Of a DNA stretch of 64,000 nucleotides, positions 50,147-62,200 are shown piece after piece. The notes beneath the pieces were generated by a model. That model worked only from the letters and a program-made list of their open reading frames with translations, did not search any database and was not told the origin of the DNA. The DNA comes from Deltaproteobacteria bacterium. Its GTDB lineage: Bacteria > Myxococcota_A > Polyangia > Fen-1088. Position 1 is the first letter of the stretch. Every line of letters starts with the position of its first letter. Both the position numbers and the translations under genes were made by a program. Location: positions 459,311 through 523,310 of the forward strand of contig JANRKS010000019.1 in assembly GCA_033763315.1 (NCBI GenBank), written 5' to 3'.

Positions 50147-50725
50147 TTAGAAGCGCGTGTCGGTTACGGCCATCGTTCCCTTGGCGTCGTAACGAATCTT
50201 GCTGCACTCGGTGCGGTTCGCGTATGTCCAGCCGATGAAGTCAGGATCGTTTGACTTGCTCTTGGCAAGATAAGCGTTCGCCCATTCCACGTGCTGCGGG
50301 TTTTCGGGATCGTAAAGGCGAGGGCGCAGAACGCGTTCCTCGAAGAACGAGTAGAAGGCATCATCCGCCGGCGTGAGCTTGCTGGCCCAGGGGTGCCCCT
50401 CGGGCAGCGGCTGCAACCAGTTGGCAGGCATCTCGATGGTGCCATCGGGGTGCTTCACCGGTTGGCCAAGCTTGGCGACGCCCAGAAGTTTGCCTTGCGT
50501 CTTCAAGGTCAGGCGTTGGTTCTCGTTCAAGGAAAGCCCATCTTGCGACAAGGCTTCGTTCAAAGTGCGAATGCGATAGCTGTTGACCTCGTCCATCGTG
50601 CGGAACTCGGCCGTCTTCAGGTCAGCACAAACGTCTGGCAAGCAGGCGTAGTTGGCTGTGGCTGCCACCAAACCGGCGATGGCGAACAAGAACATCAAGC
50701 GCTGAAATTGAGGGTGCTTCTTCAT
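50147..50725 (-). CDS. Hypothetical exported protein
   Basis: Signal-like N-terminus (MKKHPQFQRLMFLFAIAGLVAATANYAC); GC3-rich codons; ends at the terminator; no family recognised. Confidence 0.7.
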   Translation of the reverse strand: MKKHPQFQRLMFLFAIAGLVAATANYACLPDVCADLKTAEFRTMDEVNSYRIRTLNEALSQDGLSLNENQRLTLKTQGKLLGVAKLGQPVKHPDGTIEMPANWLQPLPEGHPWASKLTPADDAFYSFFEERVLRPRLYDPENPQHVEWANAYLAKSKSNDPDFIGWTYANRTECSKIRYDAKGTMAVTDTRF

Positions 50726-50896
50726 GGGGACGGGAGCCTCCGAAATGGGCAATAGGGGCGCATCTTAGACAGGGGCCTACATCAGGGTCAACAACCGGAA
50801 TGGAAATAAGCACTTAGGCCGGCCGAGGGCGCGAAAAACGGCCAGTTGTGTGACCCCGAACTGGGCCGTGAGGGCAACGCCAAGGCATCGATCTGG

Positions 50897-50965
50897 ATGT
50901 ATCCACTGATAATAAAAACTAGTGGATACATTCGGTATCCACTACAATCGTGTTGTAGAGGATAC
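50897..50965. promoter_or_regulatory. Double inverted-repeat operator upstream of the nucleotidyltransferase
   Basis: ATGTATCCACT-13-AGTGGATACAT and GTATCCACTACAA-5-TTGTAGAGGATAC (one mismatch), ending 3 bp before ATG 50969. Confidence 0.7.
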
Positions 50966-50968
50966 GAA

Positions 50969-52015
50969 ATGTCGCTGTTCACCATTCACGCCCGCGCCCT
51001 GACGAGCCTCTACGCCGACGTTGAAGGGGTGGCGCTGACGCTGCATTCGCCGCTGCTCGGCACGCCTGGCTCCGTGGTGGAGCGCACCAACGCCAGCGGT
51101 TTCCGTTTCTATAGCCATCAGTTCTATAACGGCGACGGCAAGAAAACGGAACGCTACATCGCCGGCCCCGTGGGCGCCCCTGAGGCCGATGCCGCCGCCG
51201 AAGCCGTGCGGCAACAGCTGGTCGAGGTCAAAGATCTGGTGCCATCGCTGCGTCTTTTAGGCCGCGAGGGCTTCAACTTGGTGGACGCCAAAACCTACGC
51301 CACGTTGGCCAGCCTGGCGAAACACGGGGTTTTCACGGCGGGCGCCACGCTGATCGGCTCGCACGCCTACGGCATCATCCTAAACCGCCTTGGCGTGCGC
51401 GGCGTTCCTTACGCCACCGAAGACATCGACATTGCCCGCAACGAAGCGTTGGCGTTTGCCGAACGACCTTCGCAAGGCTTTCTTGAAATGCTCAAGAGCT
51501 CTGGGATCGATTTTGTGGAAGTGCCGGGCCTGGATCCGCGCACGCCCGCCACATCGTTTAAGCAAAAGGGGAGAGGGCGCTTCCACGTCGATCTGCTGGT
51601 GCCTTCACGCACGGATGATTTTCCCGTCGTCGAGGTGCCCGAATTGGCCGCACACGCCACGGGCCTGCCTTACCTCGATTATCTGCTGGCCGAATCGCAG
51701 ATGGCGATGCTCGCCGCACGCGAAGGTTGCTGCCCGGTGCGCGTGCCACTTGCTGAGCGCTTCTGCGTTCACAAACTGCTGGTGTCCGCCCTGCGCACAG
51801 GACGCGACGCCAAATCTCAAAAGGACGTGTTTCAAGCGGCCGTACTCGCCGCTGCGTTGGCCGAGCTTGAGCCCGGCGCTTTGGCGTCAGCGAAGGAGGC
51901 CTTGCCAAAACGCGCTGAGAAACTGTGGCGACGGGGCATGGACGCCGTGGCAAAACACATCGAATTCCTACACCCACGGGCCTGGGAGGAGCTGCAAGGA
52001 GCGGCTCACTCCTGA
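50969..52015 (+). CDS. GSU2403-family (NTP_transf_8) nucleotidyltransferase-fold protein
   Basis: LIGSHAYG..LGVR..TEDIDIA, VDLLVP, LPYLDYLL, P..ERF..HKL, K..KD..QA. Start set to ATG 50969. Confidence 0.8.
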   Translation: MSLFTIHARALTSLYADVEGVALTLHSPLLGTPGSVVERTNASGFRFYSHQFYNGDGKKTERYIAGPVGAPEADAAAEAVRQQLVEVKDLVPSLRLLGREGFNLVDAKTYATLASLAKHGVFTAGATLIGSHAYGIILNRLGVRGVPYATEDIDIARNEALAFAERPSQGFLEMLKSSGIDFVEVPGLDPRTPATSFKQKGRGRFHVDLLVPSRTDDFPVVEVPELAAHATGLPYLDYLLAESQMAMLAAREGCCPVRVPLAERFCVHKLLVSALRTGRDAKSQKDVFQAAVLAAALAELEPGALASAKEALPKRAEKLWRRGMDAVAKHIEFLHPRAWEELQGAAHS

Positions 52016-52236
52016 GCCGGGAATAACCGCGGGAACAGAAAATCAGCGGACGTGGTTGAGAACTTCAAATGCACCTCACCCTTGGGCGAGTTGGAAGCCA
52101 GGATGCCGGCATCGATCATGCGGCGTAGGATGTCGCGCGCGGTGCGTTCCGGTCGCTTCGTAATGCGCGCTGCATCCCCGCGAGCCACGGCTCCTCCCAG
52201 AAAAACCGCGTCCACGAGCAGGGCCGCATCCTCGCC
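52006..52236 (-). pseudogene. C-terminal winged-helix remnant of a Fic-family protein
   Basis: EDAALLVDAVFLGGAVARGDAARITKRPERTARDILRRMIDAGILASNSPKGEVHLKF..LFPRLFP resembles, from memory, the C-terminus of Fic+wHTH proteins. No Fic motif upstream, and an in-frame TGA occurs near 52330. Confidence 0.7.
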
Positions 52237-52424
52237 CCGGGAGGCATAAGGCTGCCGGTCTTTTGAGTGGATTTCGCCGATCCAGTTGAGCTCAAAAGCG
52301 CCCGCGCTGCAAACACTTAACCCACATGCTCAACCTCTTCTTGCCGATCGAGGCTGCCGATCTAGGCCGCGGGGTACCCCGTCGTTTGGGGAGTATCAAG
52401 CTGCTCTTCTCCCGGAAGGAGTGA

Positions 52425-52480
52425 AGTCATATGTGACTCGTGCGCAAGTCACATACGACTCGTGGCCGAGTCATATGACT
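52425..52480. repeat. Three near-palindromic AGTC(A)...GACT units at 22-bp period
   Basis: AGTCATATGTGACT (52425), AGTCACATACGACT (52447), AGTCATATGACT (52469). Confidence 0.8.
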
Positions 52481-52690
52481 CCCCTGTCTGTGCCTCGACA
52501 GATCCTCGCGTTGGTGCGGGGGCAATCGGCATTGAGCAGCGGCATGGGTTTAGCAGTGCACTGATGGCGTGATTCCGTTCGCGCTTACCTTGGCTGCCAA
52601 GTGACCACAAAAAGCGACAAGACCGCTGATGTCACGAAGTTTTAGGTAGACGAGAAACTTCGCAAAGTGTTAGGTCCATGGCGCACAAAT

Positions 52691-53290
52691 ATGGACGCGA
52701 ACCACAAGAATAAGAAACGTAACTTAGCGACCTACCTTATGGTGGTATCGCTGTCGGCTGTCGTAACGGCGGCGTTTCTAAAACACGATGCCTTCGCGGG
52801 TCCTGACCCGGCGCCGTTGCCCGGAGCTGGCGCTGTTGCCCCGGTTGAGCTAATGCCGCTGCCGGGACCGTCGGACACGAAGCGCAAGACTGAGGTGGCG
52901 CCGCCAAAGTCGACTGTGACGAAGGCCGAGGACGTTGTGCCGCTTCCGCCGGATGTGCCCTGCGGGGGTGAGTCGGCGGCTTTCTGCCCTGACCTTGAGG
53001 GCCAACCGCTTTACCGATGCCTGGCTTCACACGTTGAGGACTTGGGTCGCCTTTGTCTGCTTGGCCTGCGCCCCTACGCGATCGCTTGGTTCAAGAAAGC
53101 ATGCGCGCCTGATGCGCGGCAATTCTGTTTGGGCGCCAAGGGAGCCGAGCTGTTGGCATGCCTCGTTGAAGAGCAACCCAACCTTACGATGGCGTGTAAG
53201 GCCATCGTTGAACTTGCGCCCGCGGCGCGCGGAAAAACCACGGGTGTGGCTGCAGAGATGCCGGCCGTGAAGACGGCGGTGTCGCAATGA
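52691..53290 (+). CDS. Exported protein with Pro-rich linker and two Cys-rich (GLG1-like) repeats
   Basis: N-terminal TM/signal segment; CGGESAAFC..LYRCL..LC and CAPDARQFC..LLACL..AC; ATGA overlap with the Rhs gene. Confidence 0.7.
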   Translation: MDANHKNKKRNLATYLMVVSLSAVVTAAFLKHDAFAGPDPAPLPGAGAVAPVELMPLPGPSDTKRKTEVAPPKSTVTKAEDVVPLPPDVPCGGESAAFCPDLEGQPLYRCLASHVEDLGRLCLLGLRPYAIAWFKKACAPDARQFCLGAKGAELLACLVEEQPNLTMACKAIVELAPAARGKTTGVAAEMPAVKTAVSQ

Positions 53291-56200
53291 ACTTCATTTC
53301 AAACGTTGTGCGCGGTTCGGTGCCGCTGCTTCTCGTCTTAGCGTTGGGAGCGTGTGGCAAGAGTGCAGACAACAAAGCCAATGTGCGGCTCGAAGGCGAT
53401 CAGGCCGTCAAGGTCTCCAAAGATTTTCCATCTGCCATTGGCAACGGCGGGCAGTTCGGCAGCCGGGTGGCGATGTCGGGCAATCTGGCGGTGGTTGGTG
53501 CGCCGAACGACGTCAACCCGATGGGCACCACGACGGGCGCGGCGTACATCTACGAGCGGCAAGCCAACAACACGTGGCTGCTGAAGCAGAAGTTGTTTCC
53601 CATCTCGTCGTTGGTCGATGGCAAAAGCGGCCAGATGTTCGGGGCAGCGGTCGCCATATCTGGTGAACGCGTTTTTGTGGGTGCCCCGCTTTCCGTCGAT
53701 CCGGCCGTTGGCCAGCCTCGCGGTTCGGTTCACGTCTTCGAGAAGCAATCGCAAGAAGGCCCGCTGTGGGTTGAAGACGTTCGTTGGGGCATTCCAAATC
53801 TTCTGACCACGGGTCAGTGGACCGTGGGAGGCGGCTCGGCAGGCACACAATGGCGGCAGTTCGGCCCGATGACCATCGGCAGTGGAGCCTCGTGGACGGT
53901 TTCGACGGTGGGAACCAACGACGTTGATCTGTTCACCCGCAAAGGCGCCGCACCTGATCAAACGAACAAGGATTGTGCTCCGTGGACAGGATCATCAAAC
54001 GAAAGCTGCGTGTTAAGCGGCGCCGGTGATCACTACATTGGCGTGCGAGGGTATGCGGGCCAATCGAAGTTCACTGTGCAAGCCTCGCTTCCGTCTCAGT
54101 CGCTGGCTTTGCAACAACAGATTACCTACGGGCCTTTCACGGTGCAGCCAGGCCAACGGTTGCGTGCCCAACTTACGGGCACAGGCGATCCAGATTTATA
54201 CCTTCACAACGCGGCAACTCGTGCAGCGTCAACCGACATCTGTGCCTCTGACTCCTCAGCCACCACCGAATCGTGTGTGAGGCAAACCTCGGCAGCGTAT
54301 TACGTGTCGGTTTACGGCTACCAGGCTTCAACGTTCCAATTGCAGGTCATCTTTGAGCCTGGCCACGATGACATCACCAGCGGCGGCGGGTACGCGCTCA
54401 TTGGTTCGGGGCTATCGGCAACGGGTGATCTTGTTGCCGTGACCGGCCCCAATCAACTGAACGTGAGCACGGGCAAGGTGAACGTGCTGCGCAAAAATGC
54501 ACGGGGCCACTGGAAGATTGAATCGACGATCGGCGATCCCGAGAACACAAGCAATACGGGCCAGTTCGGAACGTCAGTGGCCATGACCAGCAACCGGCTT
54601 GTCATCGGCGCTTCCGGCGGCGGCGGGCGCGTTCTCACGTATTCCTATGCCGCGGGCACATGGGTCAACGACACCCGAGCCGAGCTGGTCGCCGGCGTGA
54701 TGCAACAAGTGCCGTGGATCTTGCGAGACAAAGCGGGTGCCGAAGTGGGCAACGCTGTGGCCGTGGCCGTGGATGCCGACCGGTTTGCGCTGGGCGTGCC
54801 TTCAGCCAATGCAGGCAAGGGGATCGTAAGGGTGTTCGATTGGGATGGAGACCGTTGGACCGAGCGGCAAAAGATGGTGCCTCAAGGTACGTCTACAGCG
54901 GGCTTTGGAACATCGGTGGCGCTTTATTCAGGAAAGGTCGCGGTTGGCGCGCCTTACAACGACGGCGTGGGGGCGGCGTACTTGTTTGCGAATGTGGGCT
55001 CGAAAGAGCCCGCGGTTTACCAACCAACGGCCGCCACCAGCGGCTCGAATTTCGGAAATGATGTGGCCCTGGGCGCAACGATGTTGTTGGGGGGCGCGCC
55101 TTATCACGGCGCAAGTTTGCAAGGGGCAATCTTTGGCATCGTTCCCTTCTCCGATGTATGCGGAGCGCCTTTGTCCGACGGCATGCCGTGTGACGATGGC
55201 AACGCCTGCACCACCGGCGAGAAGTGCCAGGCCGGCGTTTGCAAATCACCAACGGGAACGGTGACCTGCAACGACGGCGCTGAGTGCACGGCGGATTCGT
55301 GCCATCCGCAGCTCGGCTGCGTTTACGACACCAGGGTGCCTGAGCAACAAGGCTGGTCATGCAGCATCGCAAGTTGTGGCTCTGGCGTGTGTCAAGCTGG
55401 CACCTGTAACACAGCAACAAACACAAACCCGATGTGTCAGCTCACGCCGGAAGTTTCGTGCGTTTATCCATCGGGTTCGGGTTTTCGCGCCGTGTTTGGC
55501 TACCGCAACACCACCACGCCGGGAACGAACCTTAGCATTGCAGTAGGAAGCAACGACACAGCCACAAACAAGATCAACAAGCTCTCAAGTGGCTATTCGT
55601 CAAGCGATCAACCCACGTGGCTGCAGTGGGGTTACAAGCCAAATGCGTTCACTGTGCCCTTGGCTGCGAACGCATCCGTGACTTGGTCGCTGGGCAACAA
55701 AACCGCTACCGCAACAGGTGCGGCCACGTGCTCACTCGTGTCCGTTCGAGACGGCACGGCCTTGCGGTTAAACGGCGTGGATTACCTTATCGAGCCCAAG
55801 CCAGACCAGATCGTTGCGGCCTCAATCAAGCCCACAACGGGCGCGGTTGATCCGCTTTCAAGCAAGGGCGACGTGAACCCGGATGGATCGTACTCGCACA
55901 GCATTCCTTTGTGGGTGCCACCCGGCACCCATGGGCTGCAACCGAATCTTTCGCTTGAGTACAACAGCCGCGGTGGCAACGGCCTCGTGGGCGTGGGTTG
56001 GTCGCTCAGTGGCTTTTCGCAGATCACACGATGCCCCAAGACCAAACGTGTGGCGGGCGTTGTGGCGCCCGTGAACTACAAAGATCCGGCCGCCACGGGC
56101 TCACCAGATGAAGAGCAGTTCTGTTTAGACGGCAACCCGTTGGTGAAGTGGGGCGATGGTTCGTACCGCACGCGCATCGAGACGTTTAACAAGATCACTC

Positions 56201-59200
56201 GCTCGGGCTCGGGCACGAGTTTGGCGTGGACGGTGAAAACGAAAGATGGCCGCGAGCTCGCCTTCTCTCATGGCGGTGTCACACGGCAGCGCAAAGATGG
56301 CGCTGGCAACTTGATGCCGGCAGTTGTGCCCGGTTGGTGGCTCACCAGCATCACGGACCCATTTAACAACCGCATCCAGTTCGATTACTCGAATAGCAAT
56401 GGCCCTGATTCGGCCGAGTCAGCTTGGACGCTTGAGCGGTATCCGACTTCGATCAAGTACAACTATCCCAACTACCAGCGCGAGATCTTGCTGAAGTACG
56501 TTGACCGGCCAGCGCACGATGTCCTCGAATCCTACGTGGGTGGCATTCGGTATGTGACGACGAAACTGCTCAGCGCCGTTGAGATGCGCGTGAAGAACGA
56601 AGCGAACAGCTTCACGTCGGTCAAAGAGTATCGGTTGGCGTATCACGCCAACGCCACCAACGGCACAAACGATTGGTCTGATACGTCAGGCCGCAAAAGC
56701 ATCAGCGGCCGTTCGCTGCTTCAAAGCGTGAAGGAGTGTGACAGCTCAAACCCCGTTGCCATTTGCGGCCCGCCCACGACGTTCGACTGGGAAACGGGCT
56801 CGTGGGCGTTTGAGCGGACCGTGCTTAATTCTTCGGTCGCAATGGATCAGAAGCTTTTGTCTATCACGGACGTCGACAAGGACGGCAAACCGGACTTGGT
56901 TACGGGGCAGGTTGTGACCAAAGACCTTTGTGCAGAAGCTGTAAATGGCTCGCCACCACTGTCGAGCGAAGGCCTCGCAGCGTTCTACTCAGGTTGCCGC
57001 GTTCCTCGGCCCTCCGGCTACTGGGTGGGTCAATGGTATGGTGATTCGAGGCTTCCAGACTATGGGTTCGTGTCAGAGGACGACACTTGGCATGTCTGCG
57101 ACACCAGGAAGATATGGGGTTGTAGTACCACAGCTCCCGGCGAGCCGTACCTTGAGTATGATCCAGATAGCCAATCTTCACCGCCCGGAGTGATTCAAAT
57201 TCCAACGAATCCAACGATGCCGAGCGGCACTCAACTATGCGACGGTTATCCGAGAAAGCTCTACGACCCTCAAGTCGGCGGCTGCATGATTTTGAGAAGT
57301 GACGCCAAGTTCGCAAGGTACAAGTATTTCAGGAATACATCGGTGTTGCGCAATGGCGCCATAAGTTCCAGCTTTGGTACCCAAGCTGATGTGGTGAACA
57401 AGTACATCGTGACGAGCGCCACCAAACCGGATCAACTGCCAGCGCCGTTGTTTTTTGATTATGACAACGACGGGACCAATAACGTCGTACTTCAAGAGCA
57501 GGACAACTTCGATAAGGTTCAGCTCGTCCAGGGAGATTATCAAGGCGGCATTCGCCTCACGACCGAAGTATGGGCTCTGGGCGGCAACCTTCCCATCGCA
57601 ACCCAGACGTCGAACGAGTTCTTCCTTGACGGCGGGTGGGACATGAAGACCTTCCAGGGGACCGTAAAAGCGTTGGCGATTGCGGACCTCGATAGTGACG
57701 GCAAGCTCGAGATCATTAGCGGTGCACAAGGACCGGTCGCAGCGGACGGACGATATCCGACTTACTGGACCCGTTGGGGTTTCAATCAGCCCACAATCCA
57801 CATGCGCAAAGTCGCATGGCAGAACAAGCAGCTAGAATTTCATCAACTCACAAACGCTGAAGAAGCCACGGCGATGGATCTTGACGGCGACGGCCAACCG
57901 GAATTCATTACCACCTTTGGCGACGGCAACTTTGGCAGCGAGACAACCTTTCCCTTCGCGAAGGCACTGAACCGCTCGCCAACATTCGTGGACATCAACG
58001 GCGATGGCTTGGTGGATGCGCTCGACCGCGGCATCAGCCCAAGCACCATCGGCCAAACGGTGATCATCAATACCGGCTTGCGAGGCACCAGCGCAGGCGA
58101 TCCGGGCTCGCCAAGCAGGTATCTGAATCCAACGGCCAAAAACACGGACGATGGTGTTCGCGTGGGCGATTTTGATCGCGATGGACAATCGGACGTGTTG
58201 CTTACAGGCGCCGGTTGGAACGGTACTGTGGGTAGCAGCGCTCCCGTTCTGCTGCTTCGCAAAGGCAAGACCTTCCGTACGGTCAAGCTGGACGCGCCGG
58301 CTGGGGGGCTGGCAGGCATCACAAAGCTCAATCCAGACACGAAGATCTCAAATGAAGGGTTGCCGGCCTCTGAGCGCGGCATCACTGGTTGGCGAGAGAT
58401 CTACGTGCTCGACTTCGATGGCGATGGCTCTGAAGACATCGTTCAGCGGGAAGGCGCTCAGCTCGTCCTCTATCGGCGCAAGGGTGGCCAACCCGATCTG
58501 ATGAAAGTGATCAACCGTGGCCTGACAACCATCAATCCAACGGAAGTGAAATACACGGCCATCACCGACGTTGATAGCAGCGGTTACAACCCGGCAAACT
58601 GTGCAACAACCGACCTAAAGTGCAACACAAAGGAACAGGACCGCGTGACCTCCGGGATGTGGGTGGTCAAGAACCTAACCACCGACGCGGGCGATGACCT
58701 TCAAACCAAGCGGGTGAAAGTTTATTCATACGCCGATGGGCGCACTGACAAGGTTAGCGGCGCCTTCTTGGGCTTCCGACAGTTCACAACGAATGAATTC
58801 GCGACGCAAACCACGCGCACAGTTGAGAATTACTTGGGCTCGGCGAACGACTTGACGACCGAACCCAGACCAATTGCAGGATTTGGCTTCGTTTTCGCCG
58901 GTAAGCCTAAGCGCGAGACGATCTCGATCCGCTCGGCGGATGGCGCGGGCTTTAACACCACGACAACGGACTACGAGTACGAATTCGTCACGTTCTCAGG
59001 CGGCTCAATGGGGCTTTCCGGGATGACCCGGCCGAAGAAAATTACGACTTCGATAGACGACTTCCGGCAGACGTGTGTTGGTGCAGAGAAGACAAGCACG
59101 GCCACCTTCAACTACGTCACCTCGGGGGCTGGGTTGCTCACGGGAGAACTGGCTTCGGAAACCGTGGTTGATAAGCCAGGCGCGGGCTGCGCGGCAGGCG

Positions 59201-62200
59201 TTGACCGCACGCACGCCGAACGCACGACGACAAAGACGATGACCTACCACCCTGAGGACACGAACAAATGGTGGGTGGGAAGGGTGAAAACGGCGACGAC
59301 GGCCATCACGGTGGGTTCGAACACCGTCACAACGAGCACTGAAACGGTTCTTGATTCAACCTATGGTGTGGTCAAGAAGGCGATCACGATGCCTTCTGGC
59401 TCCGCTGACGAGCGCTCGGAAACGGAATACACGTTCGATTCAAGCGGGATGCCGTTGACGATCACATCGCGCACGGCGGGGGTGGCCGATCGGATTTTGA
59501 CGACCACCTACGACACATATGGATTCCCACGCACGGTCACCAATCAGCTCGGGCATCGAACAGAATCGGTGACGGATCCGTTTAGCGGCCAAGTGGTTTG
59601 GTCGCGCGACATGAACGGCGTGATTACGCGCAAGGTTCGCGACGGGTTCTTCCGCGAGATTGAAACGCAGGTGCCCACGCGCGGGGATCGCGTTTTGGCC
59701 ACCGTCACGTCTTATACGGCCGAGGCAAGTTCATTGACGCCGCGTCGGTTGACGGTTGAATCACAGCTTAAAGACACAGCAGGCACGGCGCTTCGCAGTC
59801 TTGGGTACCAATACACTCTCATTGATCGCTTCGGCCGTCCGAGCGTCGCCTACAAGCGGAATTGGGCCGGCAACTATGTGGGGACCGAGAAGAAGTATGA
59901 CTGGCTCGGCCGGTTGATTTCCGAAAGCGTGCCTGCGGTCAGCGTGGGCAGCCAGGGCTACACTCGTTACGAGTACGATGAGCTCGATCGTGTGACGAAG
60001 GTTTACTCGCCAGAATGCCCGACGCCTGTGAACGCCACCTGCCCACGCACCACAACGGATCGGGTGGACCTCAAGACGATCACCACAAACCCTGATGGCA
60101 AGGTTTCACATTCAGTGGCCGACACGTTGGGCCGTGTGGTTGAAACGCGTGCCATGGAGGGCACGACGGCGCGTGGAAAGATGACGTTCACGTATCGCGC
60201 TGATGACAAGCTGCTAACGTCGCGTGATTCGGTGGGTAACGTGACGACGATGACCTACGATGCGCTTGGCAGGCGTATGAAGCTTGTCGATCCGGACGCT
60301 GGCACCACAGAGACGTACTACAACGGCCTGGGCGAAGTGCGGCTTGAACAAAAGATGGATGTGTCGACTACGCCAGCGGTGGCAAGAGAAAAGACGACCT
60401 TCGTCCGTGACATCCTTGGACGCACGCTTGAGCAACGGGTGGAGGAATTGGAAGACCTCGCCACATCTCGGCCAGCGCGCACGCGGGCCACAGCATACGC
60501 CTGGGACACAGCTCCTTATGGCGTGGGTCAGTTGACGACGAGCGCTTCTTACGACGGCGTGGCCAAGGCGTTTGCTTACGATTCGCTTGGGCGACCAATA
60601 GTGGAAAGCCAGGTGCGCTCAAGCGTCGTGCAGAAGACGTCGCGCACGTATGACGAGGCCGGGCGGCTTGATGTGTTGACGTATCCTGAAGCGCTCACAA
60701 CGGGGCAGGCCGCGGGCACGGGCGTGGCCACCAGCGTGCAGTACACGTACAACGATTTAGCGGGCGCTCTTGCAAGCGTGCGCAATGCCGCGAACACGAC
60801 GCAGATATATTGGCAAGCGCAAGAGCGGGATGAGCTTGGGCGCATCAAGAAGGAGCAGTTTGGCAGCGGCGCGGTGACGACACGCTCGTGGGACGCAAAG
60901 CGAGGCTGGCTGACCAGCATCACCACGCAGGTCGGGACCGCAACGCCCTTGCAGGCGGCGACATATTCCTATACCCCTGGCGGCTTGATGAAGGGGAGGG
61001 CCGATACGTCAGCGCCCGGTGGCTCGTTGAACGAATCCTTCCAATACGACGCGCTCAACCGGTTGCAGTATTGGTGCGTAAAAGACGTGGCCGGTGGCAG
61101 CAACCAATGCGGACAAGCGCAATGGGGCGTGAACTATGTGTTCGCTGACAACGGCAATCTGACCGCACGCAAAACGTTTGTGGGCACCACACAATCAAGC
61201 CCGCTTGAGAACATCGCCTTCACATATCCGGCAAACGGTCAGCCAAGGCCCCACGCCGTCACTCAACGGGCATGGGCGGTGGGCTCTGGCACCGGCGGCA
61301 CATTCGCGTACGACTTCGCTGGCAGGCAATGGTCACGCATGGGTCAAACCGCCATGAGTCAAGTCGTGACCTACAATGCGAACGACTTGCCCGAGAAGAT
61401 CGTCACGTCGTCGAGCACAACGACGTATCTGTATGATGCGGATGGAACCCGCTACCAGAAGAAGGCCGCCTTTGGCCTGAACCTCACCCGCACAACAACG
61501 TATGCGGGTGGCATCTACGAGCTTCGCGAAGAGGCGGGAACCGCCGCGGGGCTAGTGCCGAAAACGCACATCTATTACGTGACCGCGGGCAACACCGTGC
61601 TGGCGCAGCTCAAACGTGAAGAGCCAGCGTTAAGCACGCTGACTGCCGAGTACATGCACAACGATCACCTGGGCACGGTGTCGTTCACAACGAGCTCGGC
61701 GGGCGTCGCCAGCACGAAGGTGCGAACGGATCCCTACGGGAACCGCTTCGATCCCACGAAGGCGCCGCGACTCGATACGCCACCGCCTGCGGCGATCGGT
61801 GGGGTCACGCGCGGCTTCACGGGCCACGAGATGGAGGTCGACGACCTAGGCGTCGTCAATATGAATGGCCGCATCTTTGATCCGATCAACGGGCGCTTCA
61901 ATTCGCCGGATCCGGTGGTGCAGGCGCCATCGTTCAGCCAAAGCTACAACCGGTACATGTACGTGATGGGGAACCCGGTGGGGGCGACCGATCCGACGGG
62001 GTACATGGCGACGTATGATTCGAATGGCCGTGCCGATCAATACACGGTGATCTTTGGATCACAGGACGCTTACCACAGCTCGTGGCAATTTCTATCCAGC
62101 CATGCCAATACAGGCTCCGAATGGGACGATCAGGACTACGACTATGGTGACGATGCTGCGCCGAGCGAAGGTGGGCGCGGCGAGATGGCGGCAAAGTGGG

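Noticed and set aside
50846-50968. Upstream extension of the nucleotidyltransferase ORF
   Set aside because: It runs through the AT-rich inverted-repeat region; ATG 50969 has a GAGG SD-like sequence.
52425-52480. Palindromic repeats as CRISPR or attC sites
   Set aside because: The 22-bp period leaves no room for spacers or cassettes, and there is no cas or integron integrase.
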